Virus record (IMG/VR): IMGVR_UViG_3300029305_009755
Strand: one strand, 5' to 3'
Origin: an uncultured virus (IMG/VR IMGVR_UViG_3300029305_009755)
Lineage: Duplodnaviria > Heunggongvirae > Uroviricota > Caudoviricetes
DNA length: 20,000 nt
Positions 1 to 9,492 of the stretch are shown here, one piece after another. The position numbers and the translations under genes were made by a program. Below the pieces are notes generated by a model. It did no database searches. It saw only the letters and a program-made list of their open reading frames with translations, and was not told where the DNA came from. How positions within the stretch are numbered: the first letter of the stretch is position 1; every line of letters starts with the position of its first letter.

Positions 1-28
1 AATCTTCGGAAATGTTGAAGGGAAAGGG

Positions 29-42
29 AGGGGCTAATGCCC
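29..42 (-). terminator. GC-rich hairpin after the major capsid gene
   Basis: GGGGC-TAAT-GCCCC just downstream of the capsid TGA at 51, followed on the minus strand by a pyrimidine-rich tract. Confidence 0.55.
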
Positions 43-50
43 CGTTTTCA

Positions 51-1361
51 TCACAGGGTGTCGTCCTGAAGTCCGACCAGCCTGCTGTGCTGGATGAATG
101 AATCGATACGTGTCTCTGCACGCATGTGGATGACATTCAGTTCCTGCAGCTTGCGGGTGATGGAGGGGTTGGCGTTGCTGTAGAGTGCAACGGGTGTCAG
201 GATGGACATCCAGATATGGTCCAGATCGATAAGAGAGATATCTCCCATCTTGGTGGTGGAGACCTTCTTCTTGGAGTAGTCGAAGTTGAGGTTTCCGCTG
301 TGGATGATCGGGACCTTGTTGTATGTGTTGACATACAATCCCATGTCACGTCCAGGCATGGTCTTGACACCGTTGAAGTCCCTCTGGACGAAGACGGTAT
401 CGAGGAGGACCTGGTTGGCCTGCATGAGTGCTCCGAGCTTGTCCTCTGCGATGTTGGACATTGCCCAGATCTTGTTGTTGGGGCTTGCGGAGTCTGCCCA
501 GTTGACTGCGGCAGTCCTGTATGCGAGCCTCATTGCCTCAAGGGACAGGGTCTTTCCCTGCATGTCGATGACGTTTGCATCAAGGTTGGACTCTCCGTTT
601 GCACGGTAGTTGTAGAAGTCTCCGCGGGATGCGGTCCTTCCACCGTAGGGGGAGACCATTCCCTCATCGATGGTCTTTCCGTTGACGGTCCTTCCGATCT
701 CAGAGTATCCGGAGAGGAGCCTGTGGATTCCATTGAGTGAGGTCTCGATTCCGTTCAGGACAGGCTGGGGGTTCTCGATAGGCCTGAGGAGGGATTTATC
801 GAGCAGATCGGAGAAGTTCCTGGAGATCTTGTCGACGTAATCCTTCTTCTGGATGGTATCATCCTTGCTCTCGAGTGCTGCCAATCCAAGACCGTAGTCG
901 TAGGAAAGGGTGAGGTCCTTGAAGGGCTGCCTGAACTCAGTGACAGGCAACTTGATGGAGTCGGGGATGTAACCATCCTGGATGGTGGTTGCTCCGATTC
1001 CGATGAAGTCCTCGGGTGCGAAGTCGGTAAGACCCATCTGGATGTCCCTCTCGGTGGCAAGACCGTAGGAGGCCGCCTCGGTTGCGATCCTGACTCCTTC
1101 ATGCTGATAGGGACGGGCACCGATTGCGGTGAAGATGTTGTCGTTCATGAACATCGCGGCGGTGATGTACTTACCGTAGATCGCGTTGTGGTATCCGTTC
1201 AGGAAGTCGGTTGTATAGACCGCGGATCCTGCGGATTTGCTGATTGCTGTAGCGTATGCGCCGTTGTAGAAATCCTCAACGAGGTCCCACATGGCGTCGC
1301 CTCTCTGGGGATATGTGGTCCCCAGTTTGTCGCCCATTGTGACATAGTTTCCACTAGACAT
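51..1361 (-). CDS. Major capsid protein (HK97 fold, archaeal tailed-virus type)
   Basis: 436 aa, directly downstream of protease and scaffold. NAIYG...NIF..IG.RPYQHEGVRI resembles the N-terminal part of halovirus-type capsid proteins as I recall them. AGGTGA RBS at 1371-1366. Possible propeptide cleavage at ISK/SA. Confidence 0.85.
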   Translation of the reverse strand: MSSGNYVTMGDKLGTTYPQRGDAMWDLVEDFYNGAYATAISKSAGSAVYTTDFLNGYHNAIYGKYITAAMFMNDNIFTAIGARPYQHEGVRIATEAASYGLATERDIQMGLTDFAPEDFIGIGATTIQDGYIPDSIKLPVTEFRQPFKDLTLSYDYGLGLAALESKDDTIQKKDYVDKISRNFSDLLDKSLLRPIENPQPVLNGIETSLNGIHRLLSGYSEIGRTVNGKTIDEGMVSPYGGRTASRGDFYNYRANGESNLDANVIDMQGKTLSLEAMRLAYRTAAVNWADSASPNNKIWAMSNIAEDKLGALMQANQVLLDTVFVQRDFNGVKTMPGRDMGLYVNTYNKVPIIHSGNLNFDYSKKKVSTTKMGDISLIDLDHIWMSILTPVALYSNANPSITRKLQELNVIHMRAETRIDSFIQHSRLVGLQDDTL

Positions 1362-1378
1362 GTTTTCACCTGTTTTTC

Positions 1379-3196
1379 TCAGAATCTCGTCTGAGCCACA
1401 TGTAATTTAAAGTTTTCAAGATCCTGCTTCACGACCTCGTAGGGATCGACCCCCTGGCCCATGCGCACGGGATTTGTCTGGGATTTCTTCACATTGCCGA
1501 GGGTTGGCGGTGTGATGTCCCCATTCACCGATGTGGAGAATCCGGGACGGTCGCTCTTCGCGAGGGCCATCATCTCCTGGAGGGACATGATGGGTTTTCC
1601 GTTATCCTCTGCCTTGTGTACAGGCTCATCCATGTCTGGAAGTTCAAGCCTGGTTTTGGTTCCCTCAGAATCGTCGCCCTCACCCTCTACTGCGGGTTTT
1701 GCAGTTGCCACGGCCTCGGGCTTCTGCTCCCCACGGGTGTCGTCGGTCTCCTCGGGAGAGGATACCTGATCAGCGACAGTGAGGGGGCTATGGTCATTGG
1801 TGTCCATCCTGACTACAGGCACCGCATAAGGTGCGTTGCCCTTCTTGACATCCGTGATGGGTGTCGCCGTCACGATGGAGTCCGGGTCCTGTTTGCCACC
1901 GAGGTCGGTAGCGGACTCGTACGTATGTGCGGTCACGATGGAATCTGCATCCTTGGAACCTCTGGAACCCATGGGGGTCTCGAAGATGTTCCTGGCTGTG
2001 GTGATCCTGTCATCTCCCTTGATGAGAGGGGACAGTCCATCCGGTCCGATTCCACTCTGATGGGGTGCGGAGAACCCTCCGTTGGACATGAGTGCCCTCA
2101 TATCGGGAACCGCGAAGACCTCTGCATCATAGGATTTGGCGATCTTGGGTTCCTCGGGCTTCACATCATCAAGGATGGAAGGCTCTTCCGGAGGTTCGGG
2201 AAGGTCTGTGAGCTCGTCTGCGGATTTCTTCGCAGGCTCGGAATCCTCATCGTCCTTCTTCTCCTCTTTCTCTCCCTCATCTTTCGTCTCTTTCTCCTCG
2301 GATCCTCCCTCGGATTCCTCCTTGGGCGCGTCATCCTTCGAATCCTCGGATCCTTCCTCTGCGGGTGCAGGCTCCTCGGAAGGGGCATCACCCTCGGGTA
2401 CAGGCTCTCCCTCGGGAACGTCGTCCACCATAGGGAGTCCACCCTCAACAGGGATCTCGGATTCTCCGGCATCGGCCTCGAGCTCGGAACCTGCAACAGG
2501 CAGTGTGAGATCCACCATTCCGCTCAGTGCGGACGTGATGGCGTTCTCGACCTCTGCCCACTGCATGACCTGCTCAGGCTGACCCGAATCGATTGCCTCA
2601 TGTGCGGCCTGTTTGAGTGCCGCGATGAGCGCCATTGCCTTCTCGGAGACGTCAGGCGAGCCCATAGCTGCGCCTGCACCTCCATCCATCGGCATCTCCC
2701 CGCCATCTCCAAGGACGTCGTTCAGGAGAGTCTCGATCTCCTCATCGGTGATCTCCTCTCCCATCCCCTCGTCCACGGGCATGTCAGGGCCACCCTCCAT
2801 CGGGGGCATCTCACCCTCAGGGGGCATGGGGCCTCCTTCCATAGGAGGGGCCTCCATCTGTTCTGTCTCGTCGTTCATCATATCCTCTCCTCCCATGGGC
2901 ATGCCTACGGCATCTCCCTGGGATTCCATCCCCATCGAGGGGTCCTCCATCATGGGGTCCCCTCCCATGGTGGGATCTGTTCCCATCATGGCAGGATCCA
3001 TCGGAGGTGCGTTCTGAAGGGCGGCATCCTCCCCTAGGAGACGGGGGATCAGATCGGCGGAACGCTCGGTGTCTGTCTTGACTCCTTGAAGCATCATCGC
3101 CAATGTGTCCAACTTGTCCCCGATGGCGGTCTTCTGGATACGATAGGAATTCTCGCGGAACTCCTCCCATGCTTTATCGCACTCTTCAGTATCCAT
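1379..3196 (-). CDS. Putative capsid scaffolding protein (acidic, low complexity)
   Basis: 605 aa, rich in D/E/P/M/G, between protease and capsid genes. Many K-S/K-A/K-G motifs. CAGGT RBS-like and TTAATTAAATA TATA-like sequences upstream. Confidence 0.65.
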   Translation of the reverse strand: MDTEECDKAWEEFRENSYRIQKTAIGDKLDTLAMMLQGVKTDTERSADLIPRLLGEDAALQNAPPMDPAMMGTDPTMGGDPMMEDPSMGMESQGDAVGMPMGGEDMMNDETEQMEAPPMEGGPMPPEGEMPPMEGGPDMPVDEGMGEEITDEEIETLLNDVLGDGGEMPMDGGAGAAMGSPDVSEKAMALIAALKQAAHEAIDSGQPEQVMQWAEVENAITSALSGMVDLTLPVAGSELEADAGESEIPVEGGLPMVDDVPEGEPVPEGDAPSEEPAPAEEGSEDSKDDAPKEESEGGSEEKETKDEGEKEEKKDDEDSEPAKKSADELTDLPEPPEEPSILDDVKPEEPKIAKSYDAEVFAVPDMRALMSNGGFSAPHQSGIGPDGLSPLIKGDDRITTARNIFETPMGSRGSKDADSIVTAHTYESATDLGGKQDPDSIVTATPITDVKKGNAPYAVPVVRMDTNDHSPLTVADQVSSPEETDDTRGEQKPEAVATAKPAVEGEGDDSEGTKTRLELPDMDEPVHKAEDNGKPIMSLQEMMALAKSDRPGFSTSVNGDITPPTLGNVKKSQTNPVRMGQGVDPYEVVKQDLENFKLHVAQTRF

Positions 3197-3244
3197 AGGT
3201 CATTACCTGTGGGCTCCATGTACTCGGAGGTATTTAATTAATAG

Positions 3245-4276
3245 TCAGAAAAACCCCTCTTCAGGGGGTGCGGGCATCAGCAATCCATAGTCATCTCCGG
3301 ACTTGCGGATGAGTCCCGCATCCAGCAATCTCATGAAATCGGAACGACATATCCTGCCTGTGACCATGCCATCCTTGTCCAGATATCCTTTGGTCACACC
3401 TCTCCTGAACTCGTTCTCTATGAGCTTGTCGATGGTGTTCACCATGAGCCCCTCTTCGCAACGTACGACCCCGTATCCACACTTCACGAGCTTGGATCTC
3501 TGAGCTCTGTCACAGGACTCCACCAGGACCCCTTCAGGTCTGACATGCATGTCTCCGAATCCCAGGGGTTCCAGGCTCTTCTTCAGCTGGTGCAGGGGGC
3601 AGTTGTCCCTATCGCGATGGATCTCGTATTCCACCACATCCAATCTAAGGGATTCGTCATCATGGGACTTCGCCAGGCGTGCCTGGTCGTTGTACCAGAG
3701 CATCTTGCAGTGCTTGTTGGCAGGAACGGAACACAGGGATATCTCCAGGAGCTGTTTGAGGTCCCTGCGTGTATAGCATCCCCTCTCATCGCATTGGAAC
3801 TTACCACGGTTCGCCTCTCCGCCCACTGACAATGAGCTGTGGCCTTTGACGAATGCCTTGCGGGCCTCATCGTATACGGGGCCCCCTCCGAAGACGTTGC
3901 CCCATATCTCGACACCCTGCATCCCGTCCTTGGTGATGGGACTCCAGTCCCAGGCATGTGCCACCTGGTAGTTGCTGTGGTTGTGCTGGATGTTGCCACC
4001 GAACCTCATGAAGTCATCCATGAGCTTGGCTATTGAATCGATGGTGATGAGCTCACCATCCCTGTCCACATCCTCCACGGATGCTATGGCCCGGAAGCTG
4101 AATGAGGACGGCAGATCCTTGCATGCACGCCATGCCTTACGGGATGCCTCCAGCACTTCCTCCTCGGTGGATGGGGAGCATTCGTTGTAGGTCTTCCTCC
4201 AGACCTCCTGATCCTTGTCATCCAATGAGCTGCGCACTTGAGACGGCAGTTCGAATATCGTATCGTACACGATCAT
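3245..4276 (-). CDS. Prohead maturation protease (HK97/S78-like) with N-terminal ChaB-like domain
   Basis: Motifs ASVEDVDRDGELI, NIQHNH, SSLSVGG and LLEISLCSVPAN fit HK97-family prohead proteases. The N-terminal YDTIFELPSQVRSSL..DQEVWRKTYN..ASRKAWRACK matches the ChaB pattern. Start could be 4279, 4276 or 4270. Confidence 0.85.
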   Translation of the reverse strand: MIVYDTIFELPSQVRSSLDDKDQEVWRKTYNECSPSTEEEVLEASRKAWRACKDLPSSFSFRAIASVEDVDRDGELITIDSIAKLMDDFMRFGGNIQHNHSNYQVAHAWDWSPITKDGMQGVEIWGNVFGGGPVYDEARKAFVKGHSSLSVGGEANRGKFQCDERGCYTRRDLKQLLEISLCSVPANKHCKMLWYNDQARLAKSHDDESLRLDVVEYEIHRDRDNCPLHQLKKSLEPLGFGDMHVRPEGVLVESCDRAQRSKLVKCGYGVVRCEEGLMVNTIDKLIENEFRRGVTKGYLDKDGMVTGRICRSDFMRLLDAGLIRKSGDDYGLLMPAPPEEGFF

Positions 4277-4703
4277 CACCTTTCAATCTATATTCCTGGC
4301 CTTTGATGGCCTCACGTACCTCTACGCCCTCCATGGACCCCAATGCATGGATCGTGCGGCTCTTGGGAATCGCGGCCCTGGCACAGATCTCCGAGGAAGT
4401 CATCCACTCTTCGGTCAGTGCCTCCCTCACCTTGGAGATCTCTTCATCCGTCACCCCATGGTATTCACGGGTCACGGCTCTATGGACCTCATCGATGAAT
4501 ACCTGTGTACCGGATAAACGTATGGCCACGGTCTCCCTCTGTCCATCCCCCCGCTTATCCACGATGGAATTGGGAAGTCTCCTCACCAACGGAATGATCT
4601 GTCGGGACGTCAGATCCATCTCATATGCCAGATCCTTCAGACCTATCCATGTGTTACTGCGGTTGATAAGCAATATCCAAACTTGAAACGTTGCCCTGTT
4701 CAT
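4218..4703 (-). CDS. Hypothetical protein with two putative (winged) HTH segments
   Basis: ATG at 4703 overlaps the upstream TGA (ATGA coupling). WIGLKDLAYEMDLTSRQI and WMTSSEICARAAIPKSRTIHAL look like HTH units. The 3' end overlaps the protease gene by about 60 nt. Confidence 0.6.
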   Translation of the reverse strand: MNRATFQVWILLINRSNTWIGLKDLAYEMDLTSRQIIPLVRRLPNSIVDKRGDGQRETVAIRLSGTQVFIDEVHRAVTREYHGVTDEEISKVREALTEEWMTSSEICARAAIPKSRTIHALGSMEGVEVREAIKGQEYRLKGDDRVRYDIRTAVSSAQLIG

Positions 4704-5308
4704 GGGTATGTACCTCTTCTGTAGTTTCCTCTGGGGTTCTTTCCACCGACTCCGCTGTATCCATCCCAATCATGCCAATGCATGTTGGAGGATTCCGGGT
4801 GTGAATGCACCATGCGAACCTCGATGGAATCGTATAATCCGATGGATACGCCCTCATCGCTCGGCTCGGCGAATCCGGACATCTGATTATCCAGCAGTAT
4901 CTGACGCATCTTGTCCGCCATGAGATCGGCCAGAGATTCCAGATCGTGATCATCCAGATAGTCTTCTGGAACGCCGTTCCATACGAGGTTGACGCCGGGA
5001 CGGAAGAACGGGGTCGGTTTGGAACCGAATCTCATCACATGATGGTATATGTCCTCCGCACGGGATGCATCCAAACCACGTTGCTCGCCCCATTTGATGA
5101 ATTTTTTCCTGACATGATCTGGATCGGGATGATCCGATCTTTTTCTGGCCGGACCGGTACCGAATTCCACATACTCTGCATAGGGAGCATTCACCTCGAC
5201 CAATGCGATAGGACCCTTGACCTCGGAAACGTAGTCGCCCAGCTCTTCAACCGGGTCTCCCTGGTCGCATTCCCAGGTGATTGTGCATTCCAAGGTCAGG
5301 GTCGGCAT
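4700..5308 (-). CDS. HK97 gp10-like head/tail morphogenesis protein
   Basis: VNAPYAEYVEFGT and PTPFFRP motifs typical of HK97-gp10-like proteins; abuts the portal stop codon. Alternative GTG start at 5314. Confidence 0.65.
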   Translation of the reverse strand: MPTLTLECTITWECDQGDPVEELGDYVSEVKGPIALVEVNAPYAEYVEFGTGPARKRSDHPDPDHVRKKFIKWGEQRGLDASRAEDIYHHVMRFGSKPTPFFRPGVNLVWNGVPEDYLDDHDLESLADLMADKMRQILLDNQMSGFAEPSDEGVSIGLYDSIEVRMVHSHPESSNMHWHDWDGYSGVGGKNPRGNYRRGTYP

Positions 5309-5310
5309 GA

Positions 5311-7041
5311 TCACTCCATCGCATCGTCGGCTTCACGCTTGGACAGGTCCACCTCATCCTTCGAGTCGCCGATCTCTTCATCTTCTCTGCGGGCCGTACC
5401 CTTCTCGGGCGGGCCATCACCATCGCCGGGGCGGAGGCCTCCGTCTGCGATCTCCTGCTGCCCCATCATGGCCTGTTGTTGGGCCATGGCCTCCTGTTCC
5501 TTCCTCATGATCTGGTCGATGGGTTCCTCTGAATACCTGAACTCCCCATCCGCGAATGTGATGTCGAATCCGAGGGACTTCATCATCTGGGCCTCCTGCA
5601 TCTTGTCCATCCTGCGCTTGGCATCGGTATGTGCCTTGCTGGGTCTGTTGATGCACAGTTCCCAATCGGTGATCTGAGGATACCAGGAGAGTATCCATTC
5701 ACAGAGTCTATCGATACGGTTGTACTTGTCCATCAGGTACCTGTCGAAGATGGTGATCTGCTGGCTCTCGTTGTTCATGCCGCCAGATGCTTCCACATCC
5801 CCTGCGAACAGGTTGGGGACACCGCCATGGGCGCACAGCCTGTCACGGATGTCCGCCTTGGCCTGAAGGGCCTCTGCACCGTCCTCGGTACCGAGCTCCA
5901 GGGTCTGCGCCTTCATTTCTGCCGTTCCGGACAGCTGAGGCGGAGTGCATACAATGGGGATGGAGTTGTCGTTGGTAGCCAGGATGTCCTGGATGGCCTT
6001 TGTGATGTCCTCCACATCCTCATCGGAGAATCCGGGGAGGATGACCATCTTACGGACGTATCCGAACTTGTAACGTTTGTAGAAATGCTTCTCCAGGTAA
6101 TGGTATGTCAGGAGGTCGTCCTCTATGTCCAGCCATATGGGGATCCCATAGGTCATGGACTGGGAATACCAGTGGTCCTGATAGACCTCCTCCTTGGTAT
6201 AGAGCCAGTAGTTACCCGTGGCTCCCGGATCCTCTCCGATCTTCCAGTATGCGGGATACAGACGCTTACCGTCCTCGGTGGCGATGTTCACCGCATCCTC
6301 ATCGGTATCCATGTTGATGAGCATGGATCTGTTGTCACGGGTGAATGCCCATTTGGTACCGGGCTTACCCGTCTGATCGTAGAGGTTCTGAACATATTTC
6401 GGGTCCTGTGCCAGGAACTCGAGGGGATATGCACGCACCAGCTTGCCCGTGGATTCATCTACGATGTCCCCTGTGACACAGAGCATGTATGCCTGGTTGC
6501 AGAGGATCTCGGACTCCCCATAGGACTTCAGGACATCCAGAAGGGACTGCCCGTTGTCGTTGGCCTCCTCCAGGAGACTCTTGCCGTTTGGTCTGACGAA
6601 GTACTTCTTCTGGGTTGGATCGGGTCTGCGCAGCTGGTATCCTCCGCATGAGGGACACCGAGTCACGAATCCCTGCAGCTCCTCTCCGCATTCCTCACAC
6701 TTCAATGCGAAACGTGGACGGAAATCCAGGTCGTGACGGAACAACTCGGTGACGGTCCTGTTCACGATGGTGGACAGCACGGATACCTCGCGTTTGTACC
6801 AGTCCATGAGGGCGTACATGTACCAATAGGAGTTGTCCTCGGACCAACGATAGAACACGTTGGAGGGACGTTCCGCATTACGGATGGCCATCTGCACCCT
6901 GTTACCGGATGTCAGTTCCTTGGCGATGGCCGCGGAATCCACACCCATGGTGGACAGGGAGAGCGCCGGTGTATCTATTACGGCGGATTTTACCACCGCA
7001 GACCTTCTTTCTGAGGGCACTGCCCCTGCTACTCTTACCAT
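5311..7041 (-). CDS. Portal protein with Zn-ribbon insertion
   Basis: 576 aa, immediately downstream of TerL. Portal-like segments YGIPIW and IRDRLCAHGGVPNLFAG..GGMNNESQQ. Contains a CEEC-x10-CPSC insertion and an acidic C-terminal tail. Confidence 0.8.
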   Translation of the reverse strand: MVRVAGAVPSERRSAVVKSAVIDTPALSLSTMGVDSAAIAKELTSGNRVQMAIRNAERPSNVFYRWSEDNSYWYMYALMDWYKREVSVLSTIVNRTVTELFRHDLDFRPRFALKCEECGEELQGFVTRCPSCGGYQLRRPDPTQKKYFVRPNGKSLLEEANDNGQSLLDVLKSYGESEILCNQAYMLCVTGDIVDESTGKLVRAYPLEFLAQDPKYVQNLYDQTGKPGTKWAFTRDNRSMLINMDTDEDAVNIATEDGKRLYPAYWKIGEDPGATGNYWLYTKEEVYQDHWYSQSMTYGIPIWLDIEDDLLTYHYLEKHFYKRYKFGYVRKMVILPGFSDEDVEDITKAIQDILATNDNSIPIVCTPPQLSGTAEMKAQTLELGTEDGAEALQAKADIRDRLCAHGGVPNLFAGDVEASGGMNNESQQITIFDRYLMDKYNRIDRLCEWILSWYPQITDWELCINRPSKAHTDAKRRMDKMQEAQMMKSLGFDITFADGEFRYSEEPIDQIMRKEQEAMAQQQAMMGQQEIADGGLRPGDGDGPPEKGTARREDEEIGDSKDEVDLSKREADDAME

Positions 7042-7074
7042 ATGGATCGACCCCTTATCATCTTACTTATATAT

Positions 7075-8463
7075 TCAATCTGCCGTCGTGGCCACCACAC
7101 GTCTGGACTTGCGATGACCGGAGTCTTCTGTCAACATGGGCGTCTCCTGACCTTTAGCCTCCACGACAACCCCATGTGCATTCAATAACATCGGGGCGAG
7201 ACTATAGCGTATCGAATCGAGGCAATGATCGTAATCCTTGATAGGTTCGTCTTTGAAGTTGCCATCCTTATCTGTATCGTAACAGTAATTGTTCAACTCC
7301 ATTATAGTGTTCTTACAGGAGGGATGGACGATCCAGTGGAATCCCTGAAGACGCTGGATACCGTTCCTCTTGGAATCGGGGCCCTTCAAGGCCGGTTTGA
7401 CGTTGGGTAGGGCCCACTTGGTCGGTTCGGCATCATCATCTTCTTCATCGACAAACCCATTGCGCACCTCATACAGTCCTGTTTGAAGCTCGTAGATGGA
7501 CTTGGGCTCCGCGGAATCGGCATAGATCGTTTCCTTACCATATCCCATAAGGGTGATCTGCTTGGCGATGTCCACGTTGCTCTTACCACGGACATACATC
7601 TCGTCATAGACCCAGAGCGTACGGGTCTTCATGTTCACCAGTACTGCTGCGAACGCATTGTACGATGCCACGAATCCGAAGTCCAATCCGTAGGTGGCGA
7701 CCACGTCCGGGTCCTCCAGAACCTCCCTGTAATCGAACTCCGATTCCTCCCAGTCCGTATACACCAGACCCTCGGCTATACCCCAGTCCCCATCACAGAT
7801 GACACGTGCCAGACGGGGGTTCTCGACGTACATGTCGAGATACCTCTGGATATCCACATCGTCCAGGAACTCGTTGTCCCTGAAGGTAGTGGTATCGTAG
7901 AAGACATTGCGTTTGGGTTTATCGAAGAACCTGGCCTTGAGCCAATGATGTTCGGACCAGGGATTGAATGTGATGGTGACCTGCTTCCACAGCCCGAGGG
8001 CGGGGTCCATCCTACCACGGATGGACATGCAGATCTTGTCGAACTCCTTCTCATTGGTGATCTGGGATGCTTCCTCGAACCATACCCAGCACAGATGACC
8101 TTTGGCCACGGAGATGGATGCGATCTTGGACGCATCATCGAGACCACGGAACAGTATCTTCTGTTTGGTGGGTTTGTACTCCAGCTCCACACGGGCCTTG
8201 TTGACGTTCCAGTATTCCGAGAAGCCCAATTGCTCTATGGCCCATTGGAGGTCCTGGAAACAGGAGTCCCTGATATCGGAGAAATAGCGGCGTATCACGA
8301 GGAGGTTCGACCCGGGATACGCCACCATCTTGGAAATGAAATCCAATGCGGCGGTCTTGGACTTCTTGGATCCCTTGGACCCTTTGACCACCCTGTAGAA
8401 GCACCTGGTGGTCAGGAAGTCATCATATCCGCGACCGACGATCTCCGATATTTTACGGGCCAT
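7075..8463 (-). CDS. terL: Terminase large subunit (PBSX/SPP1-like, Terminase_3 type)
   Basis: Walker A variant VVKGSKGSKKSKT, Walker B WVWFEEA, TFNPW, and nuclease motifs GLDFGF, ADSAEPKSI and DHCLDSIRY. Confidence 0.95.
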   Translation of the reverse strand: MARKISEIVGRGYDDFLTTRCFYRVVKGSKGSKKSKTAALDFISKMVAYPGSNLLVIRRYFSDIRDSCFQDLQWAIEQLGFSEYWNVNKARVELEYKPTKQKILFRGLDDASKIASISVAKGHLCWVWFEEASQITNEKEFDKICMSIRGRMDPALGLWKQVTITFNPWSEHHWLKARFFDKPKRNVFYDTTTFRDNEFLDDVDIQRYLDMYVENPRLARVICDGDWGIAEGLVYTDWEESEFDYREVLEDPDVVATYGLDFGFVASYNAFAAVLVNMKTRTLWVYDEMYVRGKSNVDIAKQITLMGYGKETIYADSAEPKSIYELQTGLYEVRNGFVDEEDDDAEPTKWALPNVKPALKGPDSKRNGIQRLQGFHWIVHPSCKNTIMELNNYCYDTDKDGNFKDEPIKDYDHCLDSIRYSLAPMLLNAHGVVVEAKGQETPMLTEDSGHRKSRRVVATTAD

Positions 8464-8465
8464 GT

Positions 8466-8879
8466 TCACTCTGGGATCTCTTCATCATCCCTGTCATCGT
8501 ATTGGAATCCAGGGGCGTTCTTCACTTTCTCGGAATCAGACTCTCCGTCGGGCGTGATATCGAATATGATCTGGGGAGTGTCCACTGTGACCGCCTGTTC
8601 CTTGGGGGGCGTATATCCTGCATATTCGAAGAGGAATCTGCGGGACTTGTCCTCACCGTTGGCGGCATCCAATCCAGCCTGGATGATGATACGGGTCTTC
8701 AGATCCGTGTTCTTGTCGGCGAATGACCTCAGGGGTTTCTCACCGTCCACATGTTCCACCGGACCGGAGGAGATGGGGGAGTCCAACACCGCGCGTATCA
8801 ACAGTTTCAGATCCTTGCGTTCACGGGCCCTGTATTGGGCATCCGTCTCACCGGGGAGTCTTTCGAGATTATCTATCAT
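8466..8879 (-). CDS. Putative terminase small subunit
   Basis: 137 aa, abutting terL, helical, with AANG..SRRFL..YAGYTP and PQIIFDI near the C-terminus. TTTATAAA box about 25 nt upstream. Confidence 0.6.
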   Translation of the reverse strand: MIDNLERLPGETDAQYRARERKDLKLLIRAVLDSPISSGPVEHVDGEKPLRSFADKNTDLKTRIIIQAGLDAANGEDKSRRFLFEYAGYTPPKEQAVTVDTPQIIFDITPDGESDSEKVKNAPGFQYDDRDDEEIPE

Positions 8880-8909
8880 GGTTACGTGATTGACTGCAAT
8901 GTTTATAAA

Positions 8910-9386
8910 TCAACGTCTGAAAGCGCCATCTTTGCGCATACGTCCGATGGGGGTCAGCCACTTGCAGCGAGGGCATCTATCGGGCATGGTCTTCAGGCTC
9001 ATACCGAACTTGATCTTGCATCCCGGGCAGGTATATCCGTCGTTGATGTTGTCCACGATGTCCCCGCCCTCGAAGTTCTCTCCATAGAAGTTGAAGTACA
9101 TCACGGCGACGTTGTCATCCAGGGCGAACTCCCTGGCATCCATCCTGTAATCTCCCTTGGTGGCACGGTACCTCTCCATATCCTCGCCATCCTCGGTCTT
9201 GGATACGAGACGGCGGATTCCGCGGGCCTCCTGGCGATGGATGTCCATCCTGAAACGGTTGACCGCATCCGTGTCCTGGACGACCCTGGCCAGGGTGTCG
9301 GGGGACAGGTACCTCATATCATCGTCTGTAAGGCTCTTACGCATCTCTGCATAGAAATTGTCACGTGTACGGCTCTTCTGTGACAT
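8910..9386 (-). CDS. Hypothetical Zn-ribbon protein
   Basis: 158 aa from ATG 9386, with TATA-like TTTATA about 30 nt upstream. C-terminal CPGC...CPRC. Confidence 0.65.
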   Translation of the reverse strand: MSQKSRTRDNFYAEMRKSLTDDDMRYLSPDTLARVVQDTDAVNRFRMDIHRQEARGIRRLVSKTEDGEDMERYRATKGDYRMDAREFALDDNVAVMYFNFYGENFEGGDIVDNINDGYTCPGCKIKFGMSLKTMPDRCPRCKWLTPIGRMRKDGAFRR

Positions 9387-9492
9387 GGTATCATCCAATG
9401 GAAATGTAGGTCGGGTATAAATAGACTTAAGAGGTTTACTGGGTGACGGGATGTCCGCCACCCGCGCTCGAGAACATCTGCTCCTGCGGGTC

